Assembly: GCA_038207085.1 (NCBI GenBank)
Contig: JBBRAE010000022.1
Span: 1 to 46,607, forward strand
Origin: Armatimonadota bacterium
Lineage (GTDB): Bacteria; Armatimonadota; UBA5829; DTLH01
Length of the DNA stretch: 46,607 nucleotides
Reading direction: 5' to 3'
The translations under genes were made by a program, and so were the position numbers. The notes under the pieces are model-generated. The model made no database searches. It saw only the letters and a program-made list of their open reading frames with translations, and had not been told where the DNA came from. Of the stretch, positions 45,157 through 46,607 are shown piece by piece (position 1 is the first letter of the stretch; each line of letters begins with the position of its first letter).

Positions 45157-46607
45157 TTGAGAGTCAAAACCGGGACGAGTTCAATGCGAGCAGTGTTCAT
45201 ACTCACTTTGTATACCGTCGTTTCCTTAGCTGTTTGTGGTGTTGCAGTTCCTGCGACGGCGTCGCCGACGTTCATCAATGGCGGCTCGATAACCACTGAC
45301 ACCACATGGACTCCAGAAGGCAGCCCCTATGTTGTTACGGGGAGACTTACTATCCAGGCTGGCGCGACACTGACAGTGGATCCTGGAACTGTAGCCAAGC
45401 TGGATGGGCGTGTCAGTAGCGGTATCACTTGCCTCGGAAGGCTGAATGCAACTGGCTCTGCTGAAGATCCGATTTACTTCACGAGCATCTTCGATGACAG
45501 TGTCGCCGGAGATACGGATGGTGACGGCGGACGGATAATGCCGAAACCCGGCACTGCAGGCGACATCGGCGTTCAAGGCGCTGGGGCGTCGCTTAACCTG
45601 AAGCGGTGCAAGGTGCGATACGGCGGTAAGTACGGATGCGGCATCAGTTGTTGGGCTAATGGAGCCACGTCTGTCACGATAGATCACTGCGAGTTCAGCG
45701 ACTCCAACGGCTGCGTGAACTGCAACGCTTCCCCCATTAGTGTTACAAACAGCACGTTCAGCAGTTCTCCCACCGGATTATACTTGTATGACTGTGCGAA
45801 TCCGACCGTGAGCGGCTGCAAGTTCATCGGCGGTCTCTGGGGCGTGACGATGTCGGCCACAGGTTCCATGACACTGAACGACAACCTATTTCAAGGCACG
45901 GACAAGGCCGTGGTTCTCCAAAATCCGTCCAATTTGTCCGGCACGGTCAATATCAAAGGCAACAGCGCTGTTGGCGGCAAGATAAACGGAGTTCTGCTTG
46001 ACGGATGCAATGTGTCGGGAGACCTGCGCTTAACGTGCGACCCTAAGTTGCCTTATGTTATCCGCTCTGTTACGGTTTCGCATGGAGCGACCCTTACGCT
46101 CGATCCCGGATTGGTGGCAAAGTTCGATCTGAACGGTGGAATAACTTTCTATGGCACGTTGAAGGCGAACGGAAACTCGTTTGCACCCATCTACTTCACG
46201 AGTATAAGAGATGATTCGGTTTGCGGCGACACGAACGGCGACGCCGACCAGTCGAGTCCGTTACCGGGAGACTGGAAGTGCATCAACTTGATATACCAGA
46301 ACTCGGCGACTATGAGTTACTGCATAGTAAGGTATGGAGGGCAAGGTTCTTACAGCGATAGTGCGGCCATTTCCTTGTCGGGCGGATGCAGACTATCCGC
46401 GACGAACTGCACAATAGCAAAGAATCTGCGCGGCATATATTCCCTCGGCGCATCGTATCTGAGCGACGCAGTGGACTTGACGAACTGCATAGTCGCCGCA
46501 AATAGTGAATATGGGTGTTTTGTCGGTGGCACTGGCTGTGCGTTCGACCACAACGACTTCTGGCCGGATACAGGCAACAGCTATGGCACCAGCCCCGTAA
46601 TGACCGG
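45157..46607 (+). CDS. Secreted right-handed parallel beta-helix repeat protein, truncated by window end
   Basis: Not in ORF track. Frame open from TTG 45157 (GGAGG RBS) or ATG 45184 to the end; signal peptide, DTTWTPEGSPYVV, and two copies of GATLT.DPG.VAK...PIYFTSI.DDSV.GDT.GD. Confidence 0.85.
   Translation, partial: MRVKTGTSSMRAVFILTLYTVVSLAVCGVAVPATASPTFINGGSITTDTTWTPEGSPYVVTGRLTIQAGATLTVDPGTVAKLDGRVSSGITCLGRLNATGSAEDPIYFTSIFDDSVAGDTDGDGGRIMPKPGTAGDIGVQGAGASLNLKRCKVRYGGKYGCGISCWANGATSVTIDHCEFSDSNGCVNCNASPISVTNSTFSSSPTGLYLYDCANPTVSGCKFIGGLWGVTMSATGSMTLNDNLFQGTDKAVVLQNPSNLSGTVNIKGNSAVGGKINGVLLDGCNVSGDLRLTCDPKLPYVIRSVTVSHGATLTLDPGLVAKFDLNGGITFYGTLKANGNSFAPIYFTSIRDDSVCGDTNGDADQSSPLPGDWKCINLIYQNSATMSYCIVRYGGQGSYSDSAAISLSGGCRLSATNCTIAKNLRGIYSLGASYLSDAVDLTNCIVAANSEYGCFVGGTGCAFDHNDFWPDTGNSYGTSPVMT

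Noticed and set aside
45226..46577. Minus-strand ORFs in the track near the right end
   Set aside because: They are antisense to the long open plus-strand beta-helix ORF starting at 45157/45184.

Overview
Mostly chromosomal backbone (~57% GC by eye) of a diderm bacterium. The lineage is most plausibly Armatimonadota, inferred from protein styles and not searched. Left to right: truncated IS transposase; sbcDC; two divergent PilV/PilW/PilX-like minor-pilin triplets flanking yihY and a tandem pair of putative small RNAs; a degenerate NtrC-like regulator; efp-(Cys-rich membrane protein)-accB-(pilin-like gene)-accC-nusB-ispA-PHP; greA-lysS-UroD-family; a large secreted CBM9-like/glycoside-hydrolase-like protein; emrAB-type efflux; VOC; Zn-ribbon/TPR genes around dut; a GAF-PAS histidine kinase; an RsbU-like phosphatase; an outer-membrane protein; a ferritin-like protein; a REC-PilZ protein; tRNA-Ala(GGC); and a truncated secreted beta-helix repeat protein missing from the ORF track. 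The best candidate novel system is at 7768-7998: two tandem ~65-nt CU-rich (anti-Shine-Dalgarno-like) sRNA candidates, each with its own GGAAC-N18-GTCTT ECF-like promoter and terminator, between two mirrored pilus-tip cassettes. Also notable are a shared LacI-type operator in front of two CBM9-like genes (one hiding a frameshift), back-to-back SigB-like and sigma54 promoters, and five unrelated REP/MITE-like elements. All calls are by eye; no searches were run.
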